Origin: a virus
Taxonomy: Duplodnaviria; Caudoviricetes
DNA: 64,000 nt
Reading direction: 5' to 3' (one strand)
Virus record (IMG/VR): IMGVR_UViG_3300025575_000013
Location: 1,951 to 65,950 of that record
The notes beneath the pieces are model-generated. The model saw only the letters and a program-made list of their open reading frames with translations. It searched no databases and was not told the origin of the DNA. Of the stretch, positions 1 to 10,227 are shown in pieces. Position numbers and translations under genes: made by a program. Position 1 is the first letter of the stretch; the number at the start of each line of letters is the position of its first letter.

Positions 1-175
1 CGATGGAGTCTGTTAACTTTTGCCTCATAGTTGACACATCAACCGCCGCAACAACACGCTCAATCTTTTTGTCAGAGCAACTATTTATCCCACCGGATAA
101 GATTAAAAACAACCCTATTGCCATTATTGACAATATAATCCAGTTTTTTATAATATAATCAACAATTTTTTTCAT
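1..175 (-). CDS. Partial membrane-anchored protein, spanin candidate (runs off the window)
   Basis: Not in the ORF track. Read by hand: MKKIVDYIIKNWIILSIMAIGLFLILSGGINSCSDKK..., with an N-terminal hydrophobic helix and a Cys; lies directly after holin and endolysin. Confidence 0.5.
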   Translation of the reverse strand, partial: MKKIVDYIIKNWIILSIMAIGLFLILSGGINSCSDKKIERVVAAVDVSTMRQKLTDSI

Positions 176-425
176 CTTCTAAAGTGTTAGTCGTATCTTT
201 TGTTGGATTTAATTTTTTTATTGCAATTAATGATGTCCCCATACCGACAAGCGCGAGGCTCTGGAGTAAGGTATCAGGCTCAGATCTGAATGTCCCCATA
301 GCAAAACAAATAGTTCCTATAAAAATCATAAACATCCCACATATAGCACCCCCCGAAGTCTTGCCATTTAGCTCCGACACAGCCTCTGGGAAACTAAATT
401 TATTAACATTTACCTTGTTTATCAT
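159..425 (-). CDS. Holin candidate
   Basis: 88 aa, two hydrophobic helices, charged C-terminal tail, overlaps the endolysin stop. Confidence 0.6.
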   Translation of the reverse strand: MINKVNVNKFSFPEAVSELNGKTSGGAICGMFMIFIGTICFAMGTFRSEPDTLLQSLALVGMGTSLIAIKKLNPTKDTTNTLEDEKNC

Positions 426-964
426 ACTATAACCTTTTTCGAATTATTATAAAATTCAATTCTCTCAGAAAGACCATTATGGCCGCCATTCACTACTTTT
501 GTAACCTCGGTAACTGTAGCCCCAACGTCTACCAAATGGTTTAATCCATTCTTCCACCAAAACCAACAGGCGGAACGGACAGAGGCGGAAGGAGACAGAA
601 GTAGATCTGGGTCAGCGAATACATCTATACCCCAATCTTTTGACATAGATTTGTAATTATATGTCCCAGTTATCTGGATTAATCCGCGACCCTTTAATCT
701 TTCTCCATCTCCATCATCTTCTGGCGTATTGCCCAGGTTATGAGCAAGGAGTCCTGTATCATAGTTGGAGCCTGACGCCAATTCTTTATTATACCTTAAT
801 TGTCCAGACTCATGAGCCACTTGCGCTAAAAAATGGGACACGCGCTCTCGTGTTGTTATCCCGTAATAAGGCATCCACTTATTCAACCAAGGAAGGTATT
901 TTTCAATGTTAACCTTGGTTGCAAGCGGCATAATCTCGTGAAGTTGGTTGTATGTTAGTTCCAT
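422..964 (-). CDS. Endolysin, glycoside hydrolase family 19
   Basis: FLAQVAHESG, LGN..DG..KGRGLIQITG..NY and VTKVVNGG.NGL.ER motifs. Confidence 0.92.
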   Translation of the reverse strand: MELTYNQLHEIMPLATKVNIEKYLPWLNKWMPYYGITTRERVSHFLAQVAHESGQLRYNKELASGSNYDTGLLAHNLGNTPEDDGDGERLKGRGLIQITGTYNYKSMSKDWGIDVFADPDLLLSPSASVRSACWFWWKNGLNHLVDVGATVTEVTKVVNGGHNGLSERIEFYNNSKKVIV

Positions 965-970
965 ATTAAA

Positions 971-3900
971 TTACTGTAAAAGTGATACTATATAATAACA
1001 TCCATTATAATACCTTAATACTAAAGTGTCGGATCCATAAAGTGAAATATTAGCGAGTGTTTGCCCATTATTGTTATAAAGTTGCCCATTAGTTACGCTA
1101 TCTAATCTTATATAATTCCCCGCTGTTATTGCAATTGTAATATTCAGCAAGAATGTAGTACCAGTTCTGATACCACTTCCTGTTATTATCGAAGCGGACG
1201 GGAGTCTTACGATCATCGCGTTGGGTATTGAAGTTATCATATATTGGTGAGTCACTCCAATGAAATGCTCTAATAAATCAGAACCACCAACCGCTCCTAT
1301 ATATGTATCATCGCAAAAGCAATGCCCACCTACGCTATGTATATTTCCATCATTATCAATGGACTTTTGCGACTCCGGACTGATATTATCTAATGTACCA
1401 GGTCTAAATTTAGTTATAAGTGCGGATCCTGGGGTAGCGTATGGGGAAGTGTCCGAGTATTGAAATCTCGCTACACCCAGAAGCCCACTTGACGATGGAA
1501 GAACATTTGTTCCTATCCCCGCCCATATCGTCGCCCCGTCAGTATTACCCTCATCACCTGCTGATTTTGAATACTTAAACAGCGTCTCGGCTAATGTCAA
1601 TCCAGATGAACTGCTTGCTACTCCTATCCGTTTATCAGCTATGGTAAATCCTCCGATGGTACCAGAGTTTAAATCCCCAACGATGGTGGCATTATTGGCT
1701 ATTATCTGACCAGTTGTGCCATTTAGGGTCAGATTTGGAATAAATAAAGCATTATTATAGTCCACAGATGATACCCCAGATATAGTTCCATGTTGAGAAA
1801 TAAGCAAATCATTCCCATCAACAGTTTTAAAAATAAATCCAGCTAAATTTGCCCCTTCCGCCAATAAAGTTCCCGTGGCTATTGATTGAAACGAGCTCCC
1901 AAATGGCCTCCAAAATTCTGTTTCAGTTGGCAAATGACCGATAAATGTATCATGAGTTGGAAGGGACACATACCATGTGTAAGAACCCTCGCTGCCATAT
2001 CTTACTACATCTGTTCTTGCTTCGCTTCCGTTATAAGTTATAGAGTCAGAATATTGTCCCTGATACGGAGAGGACGGGCCTTGTACCCCCTGATCCCCCT
2101 TAGCCCCCCGTATTAATGACCACAAGTATAAACTCTTATCTGTATTGGGGGTAACCGTTAATTGATTATAAGACAGTCCTACATACATAGTATTTTCCGT
2201 CGGAGTTCCGTAGTTACCAGTACCGTCAGCAACATCGGAATATCTTATCCAAGTATATTTAGTTATTCCGTCATCTCCTGCTTGCCCCGGTATCCCCTGA
2301 GGCCCCTGTATTAGTCCACAGTCGACCCAATAAGCACCATCCCACATAAATAAATGCCCCGATGATAGCCCATCATTAATAACTATTCTGGCGTCCCCAA
2401 CGGTATTTCCTGTCGGAGGAAGATCCCCCTCTGTCTCGACGGATGGTTTTATATTTACAGATGTTCCATTAGATCCGTCTGAAACCACCAATACTGTTTG
2501 CGAATCCAATACGGCATCAAGTTCAGAGTTTTCATATAGTTTAATTCTTATTGCTTTTTGCCCAGACCCGAAATTAACAGTGTAGCTTGTTTGGGGGTGT
2601 ATAGGGGATTCCAATCCCTCCCATATAACGCCGTCTGATGAATATTCAAGATTAATATATCCAGAATATGACACCTCGGTAGCCCCAGTGGTCTTGTAAA
2701 ATGAAAATACTACGCTGCTTGGTGTAAAAATCCCGTCAGTACCGAGAATCGTGGAGGAAGTTGATGACTTTATCGAATATATTACCGCATCAGCTCCAGC
2801 AACCCCCGCCTTAACCTTCCCAATTGAAAATATCCTCGTAATAGTGACCCCTCCGTAGGTTCCAGTTAAAGTCAAAGATGCCGTGTTGTTAACTGCCGGA
2901 AAGGCAGAAACGGAATATATTCCCGTACTCGCCCCAATTGTTCCGGTACAGTTGCTGGCCACACATGTAAACGTAGAGGACGACGTAACGTCTGTGGCCC
3001 CGTAATACATTTTAAAAACTCCCTGAGCCGGGGTAAAAACGGATACCACTCCACCGCTATCTGCCGCCAAAGTGCAGGAATCGTTAGTCAATACTCCATT
3101 AACGGAACTTAATCCAGTAGCCCCCATATCACCCGGTATACCCTGAGCGGCATATATATGCCAATATCCTATATCCGTGGGTTGTATACCAGAATCTTCG
3201 TTATCAATGTCGCAATAATAAGTAGCCCCTTCGTATTGGGTCAAATTACCAGCATAATATGCCAATCCCTCTATATATGCCCCCCTATCAACCGTAATGA
3301 TACTTGTATTGCCACCGGCGTCCTTTACAAACGTTTGTTGAATTATGCCACCGATGACCCTCAGTAGCCCATCTCCATCTTTATTCCAATACATGGCTCG
3401 ATCAATTTGATCTATTCCCCCGATTGTAACCATGTGCTCAAAAGAAATTCGTCCGAGGTCTAAATCTATCTTGCATAGTTCGTCCGCAGATTGCACCATC
3501 CCGGTCGTAATAAATCTACCGTTTATCCACGTCTTGCCATAGGTGATGCTATCACCCCTGGCATGAGGCGTACCATCAATTGCATCTAATGACGGATAGA
3601 TTACACCGATATAAAATAAATAATATCCACTAATAGATTCTACCGTCTCCTGCAGCTTACTAACGTACCATTCGGCTGTCCCATCTTCTTTCGAGCATTG
3701 AACATATATATAATACTGGTCAAGAGGGTCTAAAATATCAGTTAATGGGTTATTAATATACCACGCGAAATCAGAATCAGGGTTACCGGGCGTGACGGTA
3801 TGCCTGATCTCTCGATGCTGTAACATACCCGTGCTTAAAAATAAAGAATCAATTTGACCTTCATAATTGGGCTTAATGTCGGCTAATAAAACAAAATCCC

Positions 3901-5632
3901 ACGATTTCGCACCGACTGAAAGATACAAGGTTTCGATTGAATTAGGCCGTATATTCGTTCCATCAAAATAATCATCTGTGTCGAAAATATTGTCCTTCAA
4001 TCGGTTTAGGCTATGAACATTTCTTCTGGCTACCGTTTCTAATCTTAACTTGTTAGTGGTAGATTCGGTTTTTACATTCTCAATCTCATCCCGAATACCT
4101 CCGATAGTTCCTGGTACAGGCTCATTGCTTAGCGTAACCTGATATACTGGAGTTTGGCTTTCTCCATAGTCGACCATGACAGTTTGAGCTATAATTGACG
4201 TATTTATTCCAAGCTGAGAATCAATAACTGGGCATAATATTCCCTCCATCACCTGAGCAGAAACAGTAGGATTCTTTTTCATGTAAATCTCATCAAACCC
4301 CACTGAATAGACTACTTTAGATACATCTACCTTGGCTAACTGCGCAGTGCCATCGGAGAGAAGGCGAGACTCTGAGGCCGATATATAAGCCTGAGGTAGT
4401 GTTATGTTAAGGAGCACAAACCTATCAGCAGCAGAAGCATTAGTCAGCGTATCCGGCAATATTATAGGAGTATCATCCGTATTTCTATTGCACGTAAGTT
4501 TCCATACGGCGCCGGCCACTGGTGGATCTGAAAGTTCACATTTTGTTATTTCAAACTGAACCCCAGCCAGTCTTCCTGTAGTCATTGAAATGGTGAAAGT
4601 TTCATCTGGTATAAGATAAGTATTCGGGTTAAAGCCTAAATCTTTTATCCAGATATTAAACGCCGATTGGTCTTCGGTTAATATATCCGATACAGCCACA
4701 ATCTCATCAATTCTGCCTACTGCTGTGTTTGTTATTCCAGCGGCTGTTAGATCATCGCCTGTTATTCCAACTATAGACGGGTAAATATCTTCGTTTCGAT
4801 AAACTCCTTCCCTTATTCCATATACAGATGTATTGGCTGAGTCTATATAATTTTTCTTATAGTTAGGACTTTCCACATCTGAATATCCAGGCAGCATTAA
4901 TTCTGCGTGGTACTCCTGGTTCTCAATCCTATTATAGTCGGCTGGTATATTATTGCTACCTCCAAATACCCTAAGTCTTGTTACCACAGCAGAGTCATCC
5001 TGTACCGTCCTTGTTATCTCGTAAAGACCTTTTCCCTTTCCATATTGAAACGTTGGCATACCGATCGGGGTGGAACAAGCGTAGCCTAAAGTAATAGTTC
5101 TTCCTACTACGGAGAAGTTTAGTCCAAAGGTGGACTTACACAGTGATACGGCATCCCAAACCTTTGAATCAGTTAGTGAAATGTCTTTGTAGTCAGTGGT
5201 TACTCCGCTGGCAATATTAACCGTCCACGCATCACCACCAGCATATAACCTATTAAGATTAGCCTGAATCCTATCCCTTAACTGTGCCAAATCTCCATAA
5301 AATTCCACAGTAGACCCGCCCGTATAATATTCATCGTTTCCGGCTAAAACTACATCTAAAAAATCGCAATGACCTAACTCCCTTTGGGCCGGAACAAATG
5401 TTAGCTCATAAGTAAAAGTGAAGGTCGATGTTTTTTTATCGGTTGGAATATAATTTAGGTAAAACTTTTCGTTAGTTACGGGATGTATCACGTAATCACC
5501 TATTGCAAATTCGAAAGGCGCGTTTAGGGGGAGACTGGCTTTTATAAACCTGTCTCCCATGAATTCACCGGAATATGTGTAGGATATTATGGCTGGGGAA
5601 AGAGTGGCGGTAAGGCGATATATGTTTAACAT
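971..5632 (-). CDS. Large tail protein (baseplate hub / host-specificity type)
   Basis: 1553 aa, downstream of tape measure and distal tail genes; N-terminal VVTRLRVFGG..N hub-like segment; collagen-like GxY stretches (QGPQGIPGQAG). Confidence 0.8.
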   Translation of the reverse strand: MLNIYRLTATLSPAIISYTYSGEFMGDRFIKASLPLNAPFEFAIGDYVIHPVTNEKFYLNYIPTDKKTSTFTFTYELTFVPAQRELGHCDFLDVVLAGNDEYYTGGSTVEFYGDLAQLRDRIQANLNRLYAGGDAWTVNIASGVTTDYKDISLTDSKVWDAVSLCKSTFGLNFSVVGRTITLGYACSTPIGMPTFQYGKGKGLYEITRTVQDDSAVVTRLRVFGGSNNIPADYNRIENQEYHAELMLPGYSDVESPNYKKNYIDSANTSVYGIREGVYRNEDIYPSIVGITGDDLTAAGITNTAVGRIDEIVAVSDILTEDQSAFNIWIKDLGFNPNTYLIPDETFTISMTTGRLAGVQFEITKCELSDPPVAGAVWKLTCNRNTDDTPIILPDTLTNASAADRFVLLNITLPQAYISASESRLLSDGTAQLAKVDVSKVVYSVGFDEIYMKKNPTVSAQVMEGILCPVIDSQLGINTSIIAQTVMVDYGESQTPVYQVTLSNEPVPGTIGGIRDEIENVKTESTTNKLRLETVARRNVHSLNRLKDNIFDTDDYFDGTNIRPNSIETLYLSVGAKSWDFVLLADIKPNYEGQIDSLFLSTGMLQHREIRHTVTPGNPDSDFAWYINNPLTDILDPLDQYYIYVQCSKEDGTAEWYVSKLQETVESISGYYLFYIGVIYPSLDAIDGTPHARGDSITYGKTWINGRFITTGMVQSADELCKIDLDLGRISFEHMVTIGGIDQIDRAMYWNKDGDGLLRVIGGIIQQTFVKDAGGNTSIITVDRGAYIEGLAYYAGNLTQYEGATYYCDIDNEDSGIQPTDIGYWHIYAAQGIPGDMGATGLSSVNGVLTNDSCTLAADSGGVVSVFTPAQGVFKMYYGATDVTSSSTFTCVASNCTGTIGASTGIYSVSAFPAVNNTASLTLTGTYGGVTITRIFSIGKVKAGVAGADAVIYSIKSSTSSTILGTDGIFTPSSVVFSFYKTTGATEVSYSGYINLEYSSDGVIWEGLESPIHPQTSYTVNFGSGQKAIRIKLYENSELDAVLDSQTVLVVSDGSNGTSVNIKPSVETEGDLPPTGNTVGDARIVINDGLSSGHLFMWDGAYWVDCGLIQGPQGIPGQAGDDGITKYTWIRYSDVADGTGNYGTPTENTMYVGLSYNQLTVTPNTDKSLYLWSLIRGAKGDQGVQGPSSPYQGQYSDSITYNGSEARTDVVRYGSEGSYTWYVSLPTHDTFIGHLPTETEFWRPFGSSFQSIATGTLLAEGANLAGFIFKTVDGNDLLISQHGTISGVSSVDYNNALFIPNLTLNGTTGQIIANNATIVGDLNSGTIGGFTIADKRIGVASSSSGLTLAETLFKYSKSAGDEGNTDGATIWAGIGTNVLPSSSGLLGVARFQYSDTSPYATPGSALITKFRPGTLDNISPESQKSIDNDGNIHSVGGHCFCDDTYIGAVGGSDLLEHFIGVTHQYMITSIPNAMIVRLPSASIITGSGIRTGTTFLLNITIAITAGNYIRLDSVTNGQLYNNNGQTLANISLYGSDTLVLRYYNGCYYIVSLLQ

Positions 5633-5835
5633 ATAAAATGTATTAAAAGTCCAGTCAATATTCCTAATCCGTCAGATAAAAGGTCGCTCCAGCTCCAGGC
5701 ATTACCAGCAGCTTTACTGTCACCATATTCCTTACCGATAGCAAGTCCAGCGGCAAAGGAGGCTCCATATAATCCGGCCAAGGACGGGATTAGACAGGCG
5801 GCGAAGTGGAGTATTTTATCCTTCTGTAATTTCAT
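5626..5835 (-). CDS. Small membrane protein
   Basis: 69 aa, mostly hydrophobic (DKILHF...GKEY.D...W.DL..D..G). Confidence 0.6.
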   Translation of the reverse strand: MKLQKDKILHFAACLIPSLAGLYGASFAAGLAIGKEYGDSKAAGNAWSWSDLLSDGLGILTGLLIHFIC

Positions 5836-6070
5836 TTTTTAAGGGTGTCGGGGTCAATTTCTCAATCTGTAAAGCGGTTAATGTAAACGGCAGATTATCA
5901 GACGTAAAAACAATATCTGTATCTGACTTGATAGTTTGCTCACTTGCGTCCGTGGTGTCGGTCTTTTCGGTTTTGACCACCTCTGACACGTTACACAGGC
6001 AGTCACCCTTTGGATAACGTTTTACGATTTCTGCCTGATTGTAGCCATTAAAGTTTATAGTCTTTTTCAT
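5816..6070 (-). CDS. Hypothetical protein
   Basis: 84 aa, co-oriented and translationally overlapping both neighbours. Confidence 0.55.
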   Translation of the reverse strand: MKKTINFNGYNQAEIVKRYPKGDCLCNVSEVVKTEKTDTTDASEQTIKSDTDIVFTSDNLPFTLTALQIEKLTPTPLKNEITEG

Positions 6071-7100
6071 ATTGTAATCTTTTTAGTCTTCTAGTTTCTA
6101 TTCCTTTTAATACTGATGATCTCTTTGGGCTTATTCCTTTATTCCATGAAGTTTGCCCTAAATGGGATTCGCTCTGCCTCTTTAGCGTAATAGCGTCAAC
6201 TATAGCTCCATATCTGTGACCTCTTTTTATTCCATCTATTAATCCATTCCGAAATAATTCTGCATACCCTATAAATTGAATCCTCCCATTGCTAAATACA
6301 ATTTCTGTATTTATTATCATCGGAGACCTTTTATATTCGGATACATATTCAAATGTCTTAATTAAAGAACCGTCCATATCATACACCGATACGGCAATTG
6401 GCATTTGTTTTATTTTCGGCTCTATTGAATCCATTTTTGTCCAACTCCAGTAACATCCTCCACTAAAGTTGTATCCATTATATTCCCTTAGGGCGTTCCA
6501 TAATGAATTCGTACCTACACCTAGTTCTCTATGAACATCCCTTTGTGACCTCCACTCTCTTATAAACTTACCATCTAATCCGTATTGGTATGTAGGAGTT
6601 GATACCACGATCTTTTGTTTAGCTATGTCCAGCGCTTTATCTTCTTTAGACCGATACCTTAAATTATGCGAGCTATTTCTCATCCTAATGGATGCCAATT
6701 TTCTCCATTCTTCGGAATGTGATTTTCCATACATGTGGTTTAATTCGCCCCGCTGAGCGTCACCTATCATTTTTGCTGTTTCGGTAGAATGCTTATAACC
6801 CTTTGTTCCTCCACCTTGGAGATTATATCCTACACCTTTTTCGGTAGTCTTAAATTTTTTAATAGCGAACTTCTCAATTGCATCAAGTATTATTTTTTCA
6901 TTTTTATATGGCCTTTCATTTCTGTATAGAAACCTTATGCTAAAATTATCAAAACCATACTTTTTAATCGCAAAATCTAACGCTCTCTGATTTTTTGCTC
7001 CAAAATTCCTATATGTATTCATCCTGTCGGATACGTTTATAGACTGGCCTATATACATTTTTCCAGATGGGCTTGTGAGTAAATATATTGCGGATGCCAT
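6048..7100 (-). CDS. Free-standing GIY-YIG homing endonuclease with NUMOD3/NUMOD1-like DNA-binding repeats
   Basis: AIYLLTSPSGKMYIGQS..R; KHSTETAKMI..N.MYGKSHSEE; YQYGLDGKFIREW.S. Confidence 0.88.
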   Translation of the reverse strand: MASAIYLLTSPSGKMYIGQSINVSDRMNTYRNFGAKNQRALDFAIKKYGFDNFSIRFLYRNERPYKNEKIILDAIEKFAIKKFKTTEKGVGYNLQGGGTKGYKHSTETAKMIGDAQRGELNHMYGKSHSEEWRKLASIRMRNSSHNLRYRSKEDKALDIAKQKIVVSTPTYQYGLDGKFIREWRSQRDVHRELGVGTNSLWNALREYNGYNFSGGCYWSWTKMDSIEPKIKQMPIAVSVYDMDGSLIKTFEYVSEYKRSPMIINTEIVFSNGRIQFIGYAELFRNGLIDGIKRGHRYGAIVDAITLKRQSESHLGQTSWNKGISPKRSSVLKGIETRRLKRLQYEKDYKL

Positions 7101-7102
7101 AA

Positions 7103-9076
7103 TTAAACGACCTCTACTTTTACGTCCACAGTCATTCCACTCCCACTATTACCACTTGCAGTGATACGAATATAGGCATCCGTGTAACTTAGTGTTTGAT
7201 CTACATTTACATCAAATACCTTCGTTGTATTGTTACATGATTTTCCAGTTATTAACGTCTCTAATTGAGCCCCACCATAAGAATACAACTTAGCCTCAAT
7301 ATTTGTTACGTTTGTTGTCGTGGTAAATTTTATTGATTTCGTTTTACAAGAATGCGCGATTCTAATCGACTTTGAAGAACTTGCGATATCGGTCGCAAAT
7401 AGTCCGCTTGTGTACGTGTCGGTTTCGAGGTGGGGGGTGTTGGAGAAGAGGCGGATGGCGTAGCCCCTATTTAAGGATAATCCCGAAGCCTCCCCTCTGG
7501 TTATTGAACCAGAATCATAATAAGACAAATAAGCCTCTGTTGCCCACAATAGTGAATAAGCGTCCAAGGTCGAAAATAGCCCAGCTTCGGATCGGCTCCC
7601 TCCTGCTAACGAACTAACCCCACTCTCATTAGTAGCAAGCGCATTATCAAACCCACCATACAACGCTTTCAACTTCCCGCCTGATACCGTATTTCCGCCT
7701 AAATAATCTGACAACATCGTCCATTCCAAAACGGACGGAACGTGGTATCCTTTCGGTGCGTAGGTGTTGATAGCAGGCACAGCGAAACCGTTGTACAGCT
7801 TTCCGTAGATAGCACCGTTGGCTGCTGAATTGTCGTAATGCGACCATGCGGGTGTGCTTAATACCGCCCATGCTGAATCGTCTTGAACTTCGGGAATCGT
7901 AACCCCGCCAACATTCGACAATGTCAAGTTACTTGTAGCGACCTGCTGCGAACCGACTGCGATGGTTTCAATTGCGGGAAATTCATCTGCTAAGAAGCGG
8001 TGAAGGTTTTGGGATTCGTAAGCGGAAAGGGTGCGGGAAATTATTTGGAAATAAGAAATTGTGCCGTAAAAATTTGATTCGGCCACAGATATCTTATCAA
8101 ATAACATAGGCGCTGTGGGTGCATTAACCGTGCCAGCGCATTTCACCCCGTTAATTGCTATATATCCATTTCCTCCTTTATATTGAATTTCAATTTTATT
8201 ATCTATACCAAAAATAAGTAAAGGTGGGGTAGTTGCGGAATTAATAAGGGAAACACCTCCAGTATTTAAAACAACCCCTGCACTCGAATAATCAAAAGAA
8301 GTTCCAAGTCCTAAATCTATAATTCCATATCCTTGCGCTGGAATACAAGTAATATTTATGTTTAAAAGGATAGTCAATTCACCGCTACTCGGTATGCTTA
8401 TTTGTTCAAATGTTATTGATTTCGTACCAGTTTCACCCTGTACCAACTTAATGCTCAACTTTTCACTCGGTGCAATCGTACCCCCCGCATAAAATCGGCC
8501 CCCTGTAATGGATGTAGCATCATTATTATTCGGTGATAAGTCGTAAGGTTTTTCAATATACCCGCCAGTTATTTTCGAGCCAACTTGCGGAACAAGAAGT
8601 ATTTTAGTATCTGACAGTAAATCTTTATTTGCTTCAAATACCCGCTGCATGAACGCTTTGCTTCGGATTGTCCCGCCGTCAGACAATACCCGCTTATTAA
8701 AGGATATTTGGGGGGCAATGGCTTTTTCGTCGGAAATAATTGCTTCGTCAGCCGTATCCATTTGCCCCTTATTTATCGCCTCGTTATCAGCATCAGCCTC
8801 AGGGACTACAACATTTCCCGTAAATGTAGGATTATTTATTGGAGCTTTCAGATCTACAGCCGTCTTTAAAGCCTTTCCCTGTTTTGCAGATAAGGGCAGC
8901 GTCTCACTATCCGAAGTCAATGTATCCACCGTCTTACTCTGACCGTATGCAATTACATCATCAACGTCTATTCCGCCACTAACTCCAGCAGCAGTTTCCA
9001 CTTCTAATTTCTCAGTCCCGATTACGGTGACATGATTTGCGGTATATAAATTACCGACGGTTTTTCCTACTGCCAT
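7103..9076 (-). CDS. Tail adhesin / receptor-binding protein: tail repeat + LamG-like + FISUMP (Fib_succ_major) domain
   Basis: LSAKQGKALK..D.KAP..NPTFTG tail repeat; ISYFQIISRTLS LamG-like end; YGKLYN..A....AP.GYHVPS..EW..L..YLGG...GGKLK...NESG...L.GG.R FISUMP signature. Confidence 0.78.
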   Translation of the reverse strand: MAVGKTVGNLYTANHVTVIGTEKLEVETAAGVSGGIDVDDVIAYGQSKTVDTLTSDSETLPLSAKQGKALKTAVDLKAPINNPTFTGNVVVPEADADNEAINKGQMDTADEAIISDEKAIAPQISFNKRVLSDGGTIRSKAFMQRVFEANKDLLSDTKILLVPQVGSKITGGYIEKPYDLSPNNNDATSITGGRFYAGGTIAPSEKLSIKLVQGETGTKSITFEQISIPSSGELTILLNINITCIPAQGYGIIDLGLGTSFDYSSAGVVLNTGGVSLINSATTPPLLIFGIDNKIEIQYKGGNGYIAINGVKCAGTVNAPTAPMLFDKISVAESNFYGTISYFQIISRTLSAYESQNLHRFLADEFPAIETIAVGSQQVATSNLTLSNVGGVTIPEVQDDSAWAVLSTPAWSHYDNSAANGAIYGKLYNGFAVPAINTYAPKGYHVPSVLEWTMLSDYLGGNTVSGGKLKALYGGFDNALATNESGVSSLAGGSRSEAGLFSTLDAYSLLWATEAYLSYYDSGSITRGEASGLSLNRGYAIRLFSNTPHLETDTYTSGLFATDIASSSKSIRIAHSCKTKSIKFTTTTNVTNIEAKLYSYGGAQLETLITGKSCNNTTKVFDVNVDQTLSYTDAYIRITASGNSGSGMTVDVKVEVV

Positions 9077-9077
9077 A

Positions 9078-9764
9078 TTATTTAATTGTTGTAAATCTTA
9101 TTATACTATTCGTGTCAATTCTATTATCTCCAGCTACTATAACCCTTGGCATACCATTAAATTCAGTTACACCTCTAAGCCCGCCAACTGGTTCAAAAAT
9201 AACGAAACTATTTTCTGCCTCCAGATCCTTTACTATCAATTCACCGGCCACATAGCTCCCCACCGTACCGTCACTCCACCACACCGTCACATCAGTTGCT
9301 ATATAAGCCCCCAGCGTTCCATTAGGCATAAATACCCCGTATGTTACCGGGTTGTTTACTTTTAACTTTACAGAAAATTCTATTGTCTCGACCCCAGACC
9401 TGCAATTATAAGTAACATCATCTCCATATCCTGCGTACCTACATCTCTTGCCTATATTTTGATAAACGTCTAATATCGAAAATTCACCACCCTGCATGTG
9501 ATCTAAAAAAGAAGATATAGCTACAACACCAGTCCACTCAGCCCCTTGATATGCTAAATTAATAGTCATTTCATAGGATTTAAAATACGGGATGGATGGG
9601 AAAAATTCTACATCTCCGTTCGTTTCAGGATCACTCGTTTTAGGCAAATCTTTCAAATCAGGGAAGGCGGGGCATGAAACCGACTTAACCGTTAATCCGG
9701 CGTCAGAGAATGAAAAAGCGCCCTCCGTTCCAACTTGTATGTATGTTTCTTTAAAGTTCTCCAT
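9078..9764 (-). CDS. Distal tail (Dit-like) protein, paralog 2
   Basis: Position after tape measure; shares P.FPDLKD...D..G..E..P motif with the upstream neighbour. Confidence 0.6.
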   Translation of the reverse strand: MENFKETYIQVGTEGAFSFSDAGLTVKSVSCPAFPDLKDLPKTSDPETNGDVEFFPSIPYFKSYEMTINLAYQGAEWTGVVAISSFLDHMQGGEFSILDVYQNIGKRCRYAGYGDDVTYNCRSGVETIEFSVKLKVNNPVTYGVFMPNGTLGAYIATDVTVWWSDGTVGSYVAGELIVKDLEAENSFVIFEPVGGLRGVTEFNGMPRVIVAGDNRIDTNSIIRFTTIK

Positions 9765-10176
9765 TCAATACTGGGTTGTTTATCTTAAATTTAGCCACGA
9801 AAGATAATGCGTCAACATTACGATGATAAACAGCTTCGTCATTGTAGCTCATATATCTAAAAATTCCTTTTCTGCCGGTATATTCATCGTAAAAACTTAA
9901 TTCTCCACCCTGAATATATTCTAAAAATCCCGTTATATTATCAGCTATTGAATCCAGTTCTCCTTCGTAAAAAAACTTAACTGAAACTTCTTCTGAGGCG
10001 TAAACGGGCGTAGGCGGTATATACTCGTCGTCCCCCCCCTCGTCTTGCCACTCCCTATTTGATATATCTTTTAAATCTGGGTACGGCTTAGGGGGAATAG
10101 ACTTTATCCTAATCCCCCACTGCTCAAATATATCTATAGCAGGTAATCCTACTTTCTTAATCCAAAATGTTTTCAT
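9751..10176 (-). CDS. Distal tail (Dit-like) protein, paralog 1
   Basis: First gene after tape measure; start moved to ATG 10176 because the track start overlaps the promoter. Confidence 0.6.
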   Translation of the reverse strand: MKTFWIKKVGLPAIDIFEQWGIRIKSIPPKPYPDLKDISNREWQDEGGDDEYIPPTPVYASEEVSVKFFYEGELDSIADNITGFLEYIQGGELSFYDEYTGRKGIFRYMSYNDEAVYHRNVDALSFVAKFKINNPVLNGEL

Positions 10177-10182
10177 TGACAA

Positions 10183-10213
10183 CAAATATAGTTAAAAAAA
10201 GTTAATTTGCAAA
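10183..10213 (-). promoter_or_regulatory. Bacteroidota housekeeping-type promoter
   Basis: TTTG-N19-TATATTTG on the minus strand. Confidence 0.7.
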
Positions 10214-10227
10214 ATGTTTAGTTAAAA

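Noticed and set aside
6048-7100. Group I intron housing the GIY-YIG gene
   Set aside because: Flanking genes are complete, spacers are 2 nt or overlapping, and no P7/R/S core elements are seen
7103-9076. Complete diversity-generating retroelement
   Set aside because: No reverse transcriptase, Avd or template repeat was found in the window; only a target-type domain is present
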